This document shows, one piece after another, positions 55,558 to 64,000 of a DNA stretch of 64,000 nucleotides (positions are counted from its first letter, which is position 1; each line of letters opens with the position of its first letter). Under the pieces are notes generated by a model that was not told the origin of the DNA, searched no databases, and saw only the letters and a program-made list of their open reading frames with translations. This DNA is from Candidatus Manganitrophaceae bacterium (GTDB taxonomy: Bacteria > Nitrospirota > Nitrospiria > SBBL01 > JAADHI01): positions 41,718 through 105,717 of the forward strand of contig JAADHI010000124.1 in assembly GCA_013151935.1 (NCBI GenBank). Direction: 5' to 3'. Both the position numbers and the translations under genes were made by a program.

Positions 55558-58248
55558 TTATCTGCCGTGACATTTTTTATATTTTTTTCCGCTGCCACAA
55601 GAGCAGGGGTCGTTTCGGCCGATCTTTTTTTCTTGACGTTGAATGGTCTTTTGAGGCGCGGCAGATTCTCCGCGGTTCATTTGCATCGCCTGCGTTTTTT
55701 GAAAAACAGACGCAATTTCTTCTTCTTTTTCTTCTTCATTGACGATCTGGACATGAAAAAGTTGCTCAATCGTGTCACCCTTAATTCGGTCGATCATCAT
55801 CGAAAACATGTCAAACCCTTCTTTTTTGTATTCACTCAAAGGTTCTTTTTGCCCATATCCCCGAAGACCAATACCTTCCTTGAGCGAGTCCATGCCCAAG
55901 AGATGGTCCTTCCAATGCACGTCGATCATTCTGAGAAAAAGCTGTTTTTCGATAGACTGAAACAAGTGTTCCCCGATGGTGCTGCGTTTTTCTTCATAGC
56001 GCTGTTTGACCGCTTCTAGCACCTGCTGCCGAAGCGCTTCTCTTCCAGTATTTGAAAAATCAAAATCCTCGGCCTTGCTCTTTAGCGCAAACTGATGAGA
56101 CAAACCTTCCGAAAGACCCGCTGCATCCCACGTTTCAGGATAGGCATCTTCAGGGCAATGGATTGACAGTAGATCATCGACCTGCTCGTCAAGCATGTCT
56201 GCAATGTCTTCACTTATTTCATCTTTGGAAAGGATTTCGCGGCGACGGTTATAAATCACCATCCGCTGCTTATTCATTACATCATCATACTCAAGCAGTT
56301 GTTTCCGAATATCGAAGTTATGTCCTTCAACCCGTTTTTGAGCATTCTCAATGGCTTTTGTCACCATGCCGTGTTCGATGGGAACCCCTTCTTCCATGCC
56401 CAGACGACTCATCAAATTCGAGATTTTATCGGAACCAAAAATACGGAGCAGATCATCTTCAAGCGACAAATAAAATCGGGATGAACCCGGATCGCCCTGA
56501 CGCGCTGCACGACCACGTAGCTGATTATCGACACGACGCGATTCATGACGCTCCGTGCCGATAATGTGCAAGCCACCCGCATCAAGCACTTCTTTTTTTT
56601 CAGCTTCTGTCTCTGTAATCAAATTCTTATGCGCTTCTTCCAAGGCTTCTGATGTCGCATTGGGATGTTGGCGCTCATAGAGCTTCAAAAGAAAATCGGG
56701 ATTTCCTCCCAGGAGGATGTCGGTACCACGACCCGCCATATTTGTCGCAATCGTCACAGCCCCCTTTCGACCTGCTTGAGAAATAATTTCGGCTTCTCTT
56801 TCATGATATTTAGCATTCAAAACAAAATGGGGGACGCCTTTCCGCTTCAAAAGCGCACCCAAGTGCTCTGACTTTTCAATGGAGATCGTCCCAACAAGCA
56901 CCGGACGTCCTGCTTCGTGCAATACGGCAACTTCATCGACGATCGCTTGAAATTTTTCTTTCTCAGTTCTGTAAATGACATCAGGATCGTTCGCACGCTT
57001 CATGTCTCGATTCGTGGGAAGCACGATGACTTCAAGTTTATAAATCTTCTGAAATTCAGCCGCTTCAGTATCCGCCGTCCCCGTCATCCCGCCGAGTTTT
57101 TCGTAGAGCCGAAAATAATTCTGAAAGGTCACAGAAGCCAATGTCTGATTTTCGTTGGCAATTTTAACACCTTCTTTGGCTTCTGTGGCTTGATGCAAAC
57201 CATCACTCCACCGTCGCCCCGGCATCATCCGACCCGTGAATTCGTCGACGATAATCACTTCCCCGTCCCGAACCACGTAATCAACATCACGCTTAAAAAG
57301 AACATGGGCTTTCAGACCCTGCATGACATGATGAACCAGAGATAAGTTCTTTAAATCGTAGAGATTATCGACCCCTAATAATTGCTCAGCCTTTGCATTG
57401 CCTTCTTCGGAAAGGGTCACCGTTTTGGTTTTTTCCTCAACGGTGTAATCAATTTCTTTTTTAAGACTGGGGATGATTTTATCAATACGTGTGTAAAGAT
57501 CGGTGGAGTCTTCGGCTGGCCCCGAGATAATGAGGGGCGTCCTGGCCTCGTCGATTAAGATACTGTCCACCTCATCAATAATCGCATAATGCGGGTCTCG
57601 CTGGACAAAGTTTTTGGAATCAAACTTCATATTATCGCGCAGGTAATCGAAGCCATATTCGTTATTCGTCCCATAGGTGATGTCAGCAGCGTAGGCCGCC
57701 TGTCGATCTACATCAGGTTCATCGTGTTGGATGATGCCAACCGTCAGGCCCAAAAATCGGTAGAGCTGTCCCATCCATTGTGAATCGCGTTCCGCCAAAT
57801 AGTCATTCACCGTGATCACATGAACCCCTCGACGTGTGAGGGCATTGAGATAAACCGGCAGGGTGGCGACGAGCGTTTTTCCTTCACCTGTCTTCATTTC
57901 AGCAATCTTGCCTTCATGCAAGACCGCACCACCAAGAATCTGAACATCAAAGTGACGCATACCCAAGACACGCTTAGAAGCCTCTCGCACAACAGCAAAA
58001 GCCTCTGGGAGAATCGCATCAAGCGCTTCGGCGAGTTTTTTTAGATCAATCTCTGGCAGAGGCCCTGTTTCAGGGATGCCTAGTTTTTCTCGAAAGGAAG
58101 CCGTTTTAGCTTTTAATTCTTGATCTGAAAGTACTGAAATAGAGGCCTCCAGTGCATTCACTTGCGATGTGATTGGCCCGAGTCGCTTCAGCTCTCTATC
58201 GTTCCTGCTCCCTACCACTTTCCGGACAAGCGTACCAAGCCCCAACAT
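55558..58248 (-). CDS. secA: preprotein translocase ATPase SecA
   Basis: 896 aa. [14 protein letters not shown] Walker [20 protein letters not shown], and the C-terminal zinc motif [14 protein letters not shown]. Confidence 0.97.
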   Translation of the reverse strand: MLGLGTLVRKVVGSRNDRELKRLGPITSQVNALEASISVLSDQELKAKTASFREKLGIPETGPLPEIDLKKLAEALDAILPEAFAVVREASKRVLGMRHFDVQILGGAVLHEGKIAEMKTGEGKTLVATLPVYLNALTRRGVHVITVNDYLAERDSQWMGQLYRFLGLTVGIIQHDEPDVDRQAAYAADITYGTNNEYGFDYLRDNMKFDSKNFVQRDPHYAIIDEVDSILIDEARTPLIISGPAEDSTDLYTRIDKIIPSLKKEIDYTVEEKTKTVTLSEEGNAKAEQLLGVDNLYDLKNLSLVHHVMQGLKAHVLFKRDVDYVVRDGEVIIVDEFTGRMMPGRRWSDGLHQATEAKEGVKIANENQTLASVTFQNYFRLYEKLGGMTGTADTEAAEFQKIYKLEVIVLPTNRDMKRANDPDVIYRTEKEKFQAIVDEVAVLHEAGRPVLVGTISIEKSEHLGALLKRKGVPHFVLNAKYHEREAEIISQAGRKGAVTIATNMAGRGTDILLGGNPDFLLKLYERQHPNATSEALEEAHKNLITETEAEKKEVLDAGGLHIIGTERHESRRVDNQLRGRAARQGDPGSSRFYLSLEDDLLRIFGSDKISNLMSRLGMEEGVPIEHGMVTKAIENAQKRVEGHNFDIRKQLLEYDDVMNKQRMVIYNRRREILSKDEISEDIADMLDEQVDDLLSIHCPEDAYPETWDAAGLSEGLSHQFALKSKAEDFDFSNTGREALRQQVLEAVKQRYEEKRSTIGEHLFQSIEKQLFLRMIDVHWKDHLLGMDSLKEGIGLRGYGQKEPLSEYKKEGFDMFSMMIDRIKGDTIEQLFHVQIVNEEEKEEEIASVFQKTQAMQMNRGESAAPQKTIQRQEKKIGRNDPCSCGSGKKYKKCHGR

Positions 58249-58315
58249 CTTTTTCTCCCCTATTTTGAAAATAATTTAAAGCATTTTAGCATAGGCTTTT
58301 TCATCTTGCTATTGG

Positions 58316-58352
58316 AAAAAAACCCCGGCAAGAACTCACTTACCGGGGTTTT
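58316..58352 (-). terminator. rho-independent terminator downstream of the M23 peptidase gene
   Basis: AAAACCCCGG / CCGGGGTTTT stem with a 14-nt loop. On the minus strand a T7 run follows the stem. Confidence 0.7.
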
Positions 58353-58402
58353 AAAATATCAGGACTTTACTATATCTTGTTTTCAGATGGATTGCAGATC
58401 GG

Positions 58403-59305
58403 CTAATTCAAAATGTAAGTCATCGGGTTGATTGGCACTTTATTCACAGAAACTTCGTAGTGGAGGTGTGGACCAGTGGAAAGCCCTGTATTTCCGACAT
58501 AAGCAATAACGTCTCCGCGCTTAACCTTCTGACCAACCTTCACGTCGACCTTAGATAGGTGTCCATAATGGGTCACAACCCCATATCCGTGATTTAATTT
58601 GAGAAAACGACCAAACCCGCCATTGAATTTAGAATAAGTTACAACACCCGACGCAGGTGCAATGATCGGGGTTCCAGGACGCGCGGCAATATCAATGCCA
58701 TTGTGGTTTGCAAGACGCCCCGAAAAAGGAGAGATCCGTTTACCAAAAGAAGAAGTCAACCAGCCAGAGGTTGGCCAAATCGAAGGGGTCGATGCCCAGA
58801 GAGATTGACGATCATGCACAACCTCTTCAAGCTCTTGAAAACTCTTGTCCTGTTGCACCACATGAGATTGAAGTAACTCCAAATCCCGGTGGATCACCTC
58901 CAAGGGCGCCAATGCCGCATAGGATGAAATTTGCTGTTCATCCGAGCCGCCGACCCCGAAAGCACTCGTATTGCTTTTTGGCGGTCCAATATCTGTCATC
59001 ACACGAAGTTTGCGATCAAATTCAACCAAACGAACCACTTGATTTTTCAAGTCTTCGATGGTGTTAGAAAAACCTTGAATCTGAACTTTCTGGGTTTTAT
59101 TTTCTGTCCGAAGACTCGTAACGTCTTCCAACTGGTCCCACATCAGATAATATTGGAAAGAAAATGCAGCCAAAACCATTGAAAAAACAACGGAAAAACC
59201 AATAAAAAGTTTGATCACCCCTTTTTTAAGGGAGAGTCGATAAGGCTCGGAGGTTTTTGTCCCTGAGAAGATAACAATAGAGTAAGAATCGTTTGATTGC
59301 GCCAT
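58403..59305 (-). CDS. M23-family peptidoglycan metalloendopeptidase (EnvC/NlpD-like)
   Basis: N-terminal TM and coiled coil. The C-terminal M23 motifs are HNGIDIAA and GNTGLSTGPHLHYEV. Confidence 0.85.
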   Translation of the reverse strand: MAQSNDSYSIVIFSGTKTSEPYRLSLKKGVIKLFIGFSVVFSMVLAAFSFQYYLMWDQLEDVTSLRTENKTQKVQIQGFSNTIEDLKNQVVRLVEFDRKLRVMTDIGPPKSNTSAFGVGGSDEQQISSYAALAPLEVIHRDLELLQSHVVQQDKSFQELEEVVHDRQSLWASTPSIWPTSGWLTSSFGKRISPFSGRLANHNGIDIAARPGTPIIAPASGVVTYSKFNGGFGRFLKLNHGYGVVTHYGHLSKVDVKVGQKVKRGDVIAYVGNTGLSTGPHLHYEVSVNKVPINPMTYILN

Positions 59306-59446
59306 ACAATAGCTCCTAAAAAAGACTAAAAAAGCCTATCATGGGGGTATTTTTGTGTCAAGAAAACAAGGGGAGATGAGGACATCCAGTCAAGCTATCT
59401 TACTATTTTACAGGCCTCTTCACGAAAGAGACTTCCTTAAAAGAAA

Positions 59447-59533
59447 TGGTGGGCGCGGCCAGAATCGAACTGGCACGAAGTTACCTCCGGCAGTTTTTGA
59501 GACTGCTGCGTCTACCAATTCCGCCACGCGCCC
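59447..59533 (-). tRNA. tRNA-Leu (anticodon CAA), 87 nt with encoded CCA
   Basis: The minus strand reads GGGCGCGTGGCGGAATTGGTAGACGCAGCAGTCTCAAAAACTGCCGGAGGTAACTTCGTGCCAGTTCGATTCTGGCCGCGCCCACCA. The acceptor stem is GGGCGCG/CGCGCCC. The anticodon stem GCAGT/ACTGC carries the loop CTCAAAA. There is a long variable arm and a T arm GCCAG-TTCGATT-CTGGC. Confidence 0.95.
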
Positions 59534-59606
59534 GAAGTAGGCCTCGTTCTATCACACCGTCCCTTTTTTATCAAGAACTTGAATCTTCACAAACCAGTAC
59601 CACAAA

Positions 59607-60446
59607 ATGAAAAATATTCCGTTCCGGCGATATTGCTGGCCTATACTTCTTGTGCTATGCTTTTCTTGTGGAGGCATGCCTGTTTTGAGTGTAACGATTT
59701 TTATTTTTGGCCTGATTATTGGGAGCTTTGTCAACGTCTGCATCTATCGCTTGCCTCGAGACGAGTCCCTTGTTTTTCCCGCGTCGCACTGTCCGCATTG
59801 CAAAACAGACATCCGGGCCTGGCAAAACATCCCTGTCCTTAGTTTTTTAGCGCTCCGTGGAAAATGTGGCACATGTAAAAACCCAATCCCATGGCGTTAT
59901 CCTCTGGTCGAGCTGCTACACGGTTTCGGTTTCCTGTTTATTTTTTATGAATTTGGGCCGACACCACAAACCCTCATTTATCTTCTTTTTTTTGCATCAC
60001 TGATTGCTGTCATTTTTATCGACCTCTCCCATCAAATTATTCCCGATGTCATTACCCTTCCCGGCATCGTGATCGGGGTCATTGCAGCCACGACAATCCT
60101 GCCCCCGGGTCTAAGAAATTCTCTGATCGGACTCTTTTTAGGCGGCGGACTGTTTTACCTTGTCGCGATTTTGTCTGTTGCCCTCCTCAAGAAAGAGGGC
60201 ATGGGGGGTGGGGACATCAAACTCATCGCAATGATCGGTGCCTTTTTGGGATGGCAGGCCGTGCTTTTGACCATTTTCTTGGCGGCCTTGTCGGGCTCAG
60301 TCATTGGGATTTTAATGATTGTGACGAAGGGTCGAAGCCGTGCGGACATGATTCCGTTCGGGCCTTATCTTGTTTTTGGCGCACTCACCTCACTCTTTTG
60401 GGGGAAGAACATCTTCCAGTGGTACTTTTCTTTGGGACGTGTGTAA
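59607..60446 (+). CDS. pilD: prepilin peptidase/N-methyltransferase (A24 family; PilD/GspO)
   Basis: GLIIGSFVNVCIYRLP, the zinc motif CPHC...CGTC, and the catalytic-Asp context GMGGGDIKLIAMIGAFLGW. The start is uncertain, and an internal ATG at 59676 is also possible. Confidence 0.85.
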   Translation: MKNIPFRRYCWPILLVLCFSCGGMPVLSVTIFIFGLIIGSFVNVCIYRLPRDESLVFPASHCPHCKTDIRAWQNIPVLSFLALRGKCGTCKNPIPWRYPLVELLHGFGFLFIFYEFGPTPQTLIYLLFFASLIAVIFIDLSHQIIPDVITLPGIVIGVIAATTILPPGLRNSLIGLFLGGGLFYLVAILSVALLKKEGMGGGDIKLIAMIGAFLGWQAVLLTIFLAALSGSVIGILMIVTKGRSRADMIPFGPYLVFGALTSLFWGKNIFQWYFSLGRV

Positions 60447-60571
60447 TTCTGGTGTCGTTTTAGAGATAGGAAACAAGCATCTTTCTCGAAATAGATTCAT
60501 CACTAAGTCCGACAGCTTCCTAGACGAGACCCATCTCGGACGGACGCTAGCAAAAATGAAAAGAGTAGGTC

Positions 60572-62032
60572 TTGATTTCTGACAAAAAAAAACCCCAAGG
60601 GCGCCTCTTTACATTCACCAGTTTTGGCACCTTTCTTTTTTTAATCCTGGCCTTACTCAGTGTGCTTTTTCTCAAAATTTCTATTGTACTGACCCCTGCA
60701 AGTGAAGAGACAACAGCCGACGTCATCCTCTTACTTGTAAAGGTTTTTAGTGTCGCAGGCATTGGGCTTTTTACCTTTTCGCGTTTTCAAAAATCACTCC
60801 TTAATCGAGTCGCAAGCGAGGTGCAACCAGGGGAACATCGCCCCGACGGATTTGTAATCAATACCTTTGAAGGTCTCATTCAGGAACTGAAGGCCAAAGA
60901 AGAAGCCCTGGAAATTCTAAAAAAAGCAGCAGAAGACCGCGCAGTGGACATCGAGAGTTACAATGAAAATATACTGCAAAGTGTGCCCAGTGGAGTTTTA
61001 ACCTTCAACTGCGAAAAAATCATTACAACCTTCAATCCAGCAGCCGAAGCAATTTTAGACCTCCCCTCCGATCAGGCGCTCGAAAAACCCTACGAGACGA
61101 TCTTTGAAAACAATCCCAAAATGGTGCATTTGCTCGATAAAACACTGGAAAGAGCGCAAGACATTTTGCGTCAGGACTGCATGATTGAACAAACGCAGGG
61201 CAAAAAAATGTGGTTGGGATTGAGCACCTCTTTACTGCGCGATCGTCACGAAAAAATAATCGGCGCAACGCTTGTTTTTACCGATCTGACGGAAAAGAAG
61301 ATGCTTGAAGAACAGGTCGAGCTTAAAAAAAGACTGGTCATGATGGGAGAAATGTCTGCCTGGGTTGCCCATGAATTTAGAAGTTACATGGGAACGATTT
61401 TGGGTTTTGCACGTTTATTAGAAAAAAAACTGGATGAAGGAGATGAGCGACAGCCGATGGTCGCATCTATTACCGACGAACTTTTGTCGATGGAACACCT
61501 CATCACAGAACTGCTCTCCTACAGCAAAACAACAGTCATTGCACCCACCCCCACCGTGCTCACGGACTTACTCGAACGCATCAAAGATCAGTTTGATGCG
61601 GGGGGGCTATACCCAGAAATAGACTGGAATCTTTCTTTTGAAGATGACTTTCCAGAAATAAAACTTGATCAGGTATTACTAAGGCAATCTTTTACAAACC
61701 TCATTCAAAATGCCTTAGACGCAATGGAAGGACAGGGCTGCCTCACGATTAAAGCTTTTTTTCGACATGCCGCCCGACGGGTGCAAATTGAAATCTCAGA
61801 CACAGGGCAAGGGATTTTAGCAGAAGACTTACATAAGGTCTTCCTTCCTTTTTTTACAACAAAAACAAAAGGCACAGGTCTTGGTTTAGCGCTCGTGCAT
61901 AAAATTATTTTGGCACATAACGGACACATCACCGTCGAAAACAAACAAAATAAAGGAACACTTTTTACAATCATTCTTCCGATTAAACAATCGCAGACCA
62001 TATTAAAGGAGCCCGAATGGAAACAATTTTAA
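60572..62032 (+). CDS. sensor histidine kinase (2 TM, PAS, HisKA, HATPase_c; PilS/NtrB-like)
   Basis: H-box AHEFRSYMGTILGF, N-box NLIQNALDAM, and G-boxes DTGQGI and GTGLGLALV. TTG start. Confidence 0.8.
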   Translation: MISDKKKPQGRLFTFTSFGTFLFLILALLSVLFLKISIVLTPASEETTADVILLLVKVFSVAGIGLFTFSRFQKSLLNRVASEVQPGEHRPDGFVINTFEGLIQELKAKEEALEILKKAAEDRAVDIESYNENILQSVPSGVLTFNCEKIITTFNPAAEAILDLPSDQALEKPYETIFENNPKMVHLLDKTLERAQDILRQDCMIEQTQGKKMWLGLSTSLLRDRHEKIIGATLVFTDLTEKKMLEEQVELKKRLVMMGEMSAWVAHEFRSYMGTILGFARLLEKKLDEGDERQPMVASITDELLSMEHLITELLSYSKTTVIAPTPTVLTDLLERIKDQFDAGGLYPEIDWNLSFEDDFPEIKLDQVLLRQSFTNLIQNALDAMEGQGCLTIKAFFRHAARRVQIEISDTGQGILAEDLHKVFLPFFTTKTKGTGLGLALVHKIILAHNGHITVENKQNKGTLFTIILPIKQSQTILKEPEWKQF

Positions 62033-63399
62033 TCGTTGAAGATCAAGAGGGTCTTGCAAAAATGCTCTCACAAGCCCTCAGGGAGGCGGGGTACCACACC
62101 CTTTGGGCAAAAGATGGACGAGAGGGCATCGCGACACTCAGCGAAAATCGCATTGACTTGATCCTCACAGACCTTAAACTCCCCCACAAAAGCGGCATGG
62201 ATGTCCTACAGGCGGCAAAAGCCCATCACGCCGCAACCCCCGTCATTATCATGACTGCCCATGGTAATTTTTCAATCGCGGTAAAAGCGGTGAAAGAAGG
62301 GGCCTTTGATTTTATCCCCAAACCCTTTGAGCCAGACCATTTGCTGCTTCAAATTGAAAAAGCCATGGAAAAACAACGGCTTTTGACCGAGAACTTCATT
62401 TTAAAAGAAACCTTTTCAGCACAGCTGTCTTTTCCAAAAATCATTGGAAAAAGCCAAATCATGCTCGATGTATTAGAGCAAGTCAAAAAAGTCGCGCAAG
62501 GAAAAACCAGCGTACTGCTGCTGGGCGAAAGTGGAACGGGGAAAGAACTCTTTGCCCGCGCCGTACACATGCTCAGCCCGCGCAAAGACAACAATTTAGT
62601 CACAATAAACTGCGCTGCGATTCCGCATGACCTCTTAGAAAGTGAGCTTTTTGGTCATGAAAAAGGTGCGTTTACGGGAGCCGGCACAAAAAAGATCGGA
62701 AAATTTGAACTGGCGGACAAAGGAACAATTTTTCTGGATGAGATTGGCGATATGGAAATCAGCTTACAAGCAAAATTGCTACGCGTTCTGGAAGAAGATG
62801 TCCTCATGCGTGTGGGCGGCACAAGTCGTGTTCCCATTGATGTCCGTGTGGTCGCCGCAACAAATCGTGGTCTAAACAAGCTGATTGAAGAGAAGAAGTT
62901 TCGGGAAGATTTATACTACCGACTCAATGTCTTTCCGCTGAGCATCCCCTCCCTGCGCGAACGCACGGAGGATATCCCTGCCATTGCTGAACATTTTATT
63001 GAATTTTATGCCAGAGAAATGAAAAAAGAAAACAAACCCCTTTCAAAAAAAGCCATGGATCTTTTAATGGATCACCCTTGGACTGGAAATGTGCGCGAGT
63101 TGCAAAATGCAATTGAGCGCGCAACCATTCTCTCCGATGGAGATCAAATCTGCCCGGACGATCTTGTCCTGAGAACAAGGTCAGAAACCAGACCTTCCAT
63201 CAATAGCATCCCCCTGGAAGGCTCTCTCCATGAAGTCAGTGATGCCGCCAGTCGTATCGTTGAAAACAAGATGATCAAGAAAGTCCTCAGGCAAACCGCA
63301 GGGAATAAAAGTCGTGCGGCAGAAATTCTACAAGTAAGCTACAAAACCCTATTGACTAAAATAAAAGACTATGCTATAGAAAATCAGAAATTAGTCTGA
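62017..63399 (+). CDS. sigma-54-dependent response regulator (REC plus AAA+ plus Fis-type HTH; PilR/NtrC-like)
   Basis: REC (DLILTDLKLP), Walker A GESGTGKE, the GAFTGA loop (EKGAFTGAG) and a C-terminal HTH (AAEILQVSYKTLLTKIK). It overlaps the kinase gene by 16 nt. Confidence 0.9.
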   Translation: METILIVEDQEGLAKMLSQALREAGYHTLWAKDGREGIATLSENRIDLILTDLKLPHKSGMDVLQAAKAHHAATPVIIMTAHGNFSIAVKAVKEGAFDFIPKPFEPDHLLLQIEKAMEKQRLLTENFILKETFSAQLSFPKIIGKSQIMLDVLEQVKKVAQGKTSVLLLGESGTGKELFARAVHMLSPRKDNNLVTINCAAIPHDLLESELFGHEKGAFTGAGTKKIGKFELADKGTIFLDEIGDMEISLQAKLLRVLEEDVLMRVGGTSRVPIDVRVVAATNRGLNKLIEEKKFREDLYYRLNVFPLSIPSLRERTEDIPAIAEHFIEFYAREMKKENKPLSKKAMDLLMDHPWTGNVRELQNAIERATILSDGDQICPDDLVLRTRSETRPSINSIPLEGSLHEVSDAASRIVENKMIKKVLRQTAGNKSRAAEILQVSYKTLLTKIKDYAIENQKLV

Positions 63400-63444
63400 T
63401 ATTATGGAATTTTTATTCCTATTGAGCATAGACTTGGTATTCTC

Positions 63445-64000
63445 ATGGGGTCAAAAAAGGGATATACCTTCATTGAACTGATGGTTGTTTTGGCACTTGT
63501 TGGCCTCGCATCCTCCATCGCCCTTTCCAGCCATCTGGCCCAAAAGCCACGTGCGCAGTTGCGTCAGGCCAGCCGAGAAATACTTTCACAGCTTAGAGGC
63601 ATCCGGCAACAGTCCATCACAACAGGTCAAGTCACCACAATCTGTTTTTCAGATGATGATGACCTGCTTCAAATTAACGGCGATAACATCGCCGTTGCGG
63701 ATAATGAATACGTGATCATTCCGGGCAGAACAAAAAAGACGCTCCCGTCCAAGATACGATTTGGCTACCCGGATGATGTCACTGAAACGCCCAGGGGCGG
63801 GGCACTCTCGGTGGCATCACAAGATGGCATTACTTTTAACCCCTGCGTCTCCTTTCAGCCAAATGGAACAGCAAATAGCTTAAACGGACAGATCTATCTG
63901 ACCAACGCAAGCGACAATCCAGAAGATAACCTCCAACACGAGTCCTTTGCAATTGATATCAATGTGACGGGGCAGGTGCGCTTATACAGGTGGAAGAACA
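63445..64000 (+). CDS. FimT/GspH-like pseudopilin, 5' part (runs off the right edge; not in the ORF track)
   Basis: Frame-1 ATG at 63445. MGSKKGYTFIELMVVLALVGLASSIALSS carries the prepilin cleavage/methylation motif. The frame stays open to position 64000. Confidence 0.7.
   Translation, partial: MGSKKGYTFIELMVVLALVGLASSIALSSHLAQKPRAQLRQASREILSQLRGIRQQSITTGQVTTICFSDDDDLLQINGDNIAVADNEYVIIPGRTKKTLPSKIRFGYPDDVTETPRGGALSVASQDGITFNPCVSFQPNGTANSLNGQIYLTNASDNPEDNLQHESFAIDINVTGQVRLYRWKN

Noticed and set aside
60584-60592. A9 homopolymer just after the kinase start codon, considered as a slippage or phase-variation site
   Set aside because: The upstream ATG frame (MKRVGLDF*) terminates before the run. 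A shift would not join two meaningful ORFs. The run simply encodes Lys-Lys-Lys.
63405-63420. Sigma-54 promoter-like TGGAAT-N5-TTCCT upstream of the FimT-like gene
   Set aside because: It lacks the conserved GC at -12 (TTCC instead of TTGC), so only the GG element matches.
1-64000. Search by eye for CRISPR arrays, IS elements or transposases, phage integrases next to the tRNA, toxin-antitoxin pairs and known defence gene sets
   Set aside because: I saw no spaced direct-repeat array. The only recombinase is a housekeeping XerC/D-type gene next to trmFO. tRNA-Leu is flanked by core genes (M23 peptidase, pilD) with no att-like duplication that I could find.

Overview
The window is a gene-dense stretch of a diderm bacterial chromosome, moderate to low GC by eye, with most genes on the minus strand. 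It is largely housekeeping.

Left third: panB (3' fragment), trmFO-xerC, a partial peptide-type ABC importer, the conserved gap-pgk-tpiA-secG block, PBP1A, a LolA-like protein and ilvE.

Middle:
- trkA/trkH
- an rrf2-aprA-aprB-sat sulfur operon
- a less conserved patch: a REC protein, an LPP20-like lipoprotein, a TPR protein and small proteins
- hflKC followed by a SWIM/SNF2 helicase
- a PATAN(DUF4388)/Roadblock gene pair
- a class II ribonucleotide reductase

Right third:
- a complete type II secretion cluster (gspC-D-E-F-G-H-I-J-N-like-L-M-K) preceded by an HtrA-type protease
- two c-di-GMP turnover genes flanking an NFACT/RqcH-like gene
- secA, an M23 peptidase and tRNA-Leu(CAA)
- a prepilin-peptidase / sigma-54 two-component / FimT-like pseudopilin locus that runs off the right edge

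I found no CRISPR array, IS or transposase, prophage, or recognisable defence cassette.

The signals that ordinary annotation does not explain are:
1. A directional 160-180 bp intergenic element with 18-nt inverted arms. It has two clear copies and one degenerate copy, each placed just after the stop codon of a minus-strand gene. One copy sits inside the T2SS operon.
2. An apr locus with inverted gene order (aprA before aprB), short subunits, a cluster-less Rrf2 regulator and no qmo/aprM partner.
3. An XRE-HTH protein fused to a histone-H1-like Lys/Ala/Pro tail.
4. PATAN/Roadblock proteins with no linked GTPase.

I cannot show from sequence alone that any of these is a new multi-gene system. 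All functional readings beyond motif recognition are inference. No database search or folding calculation was run.
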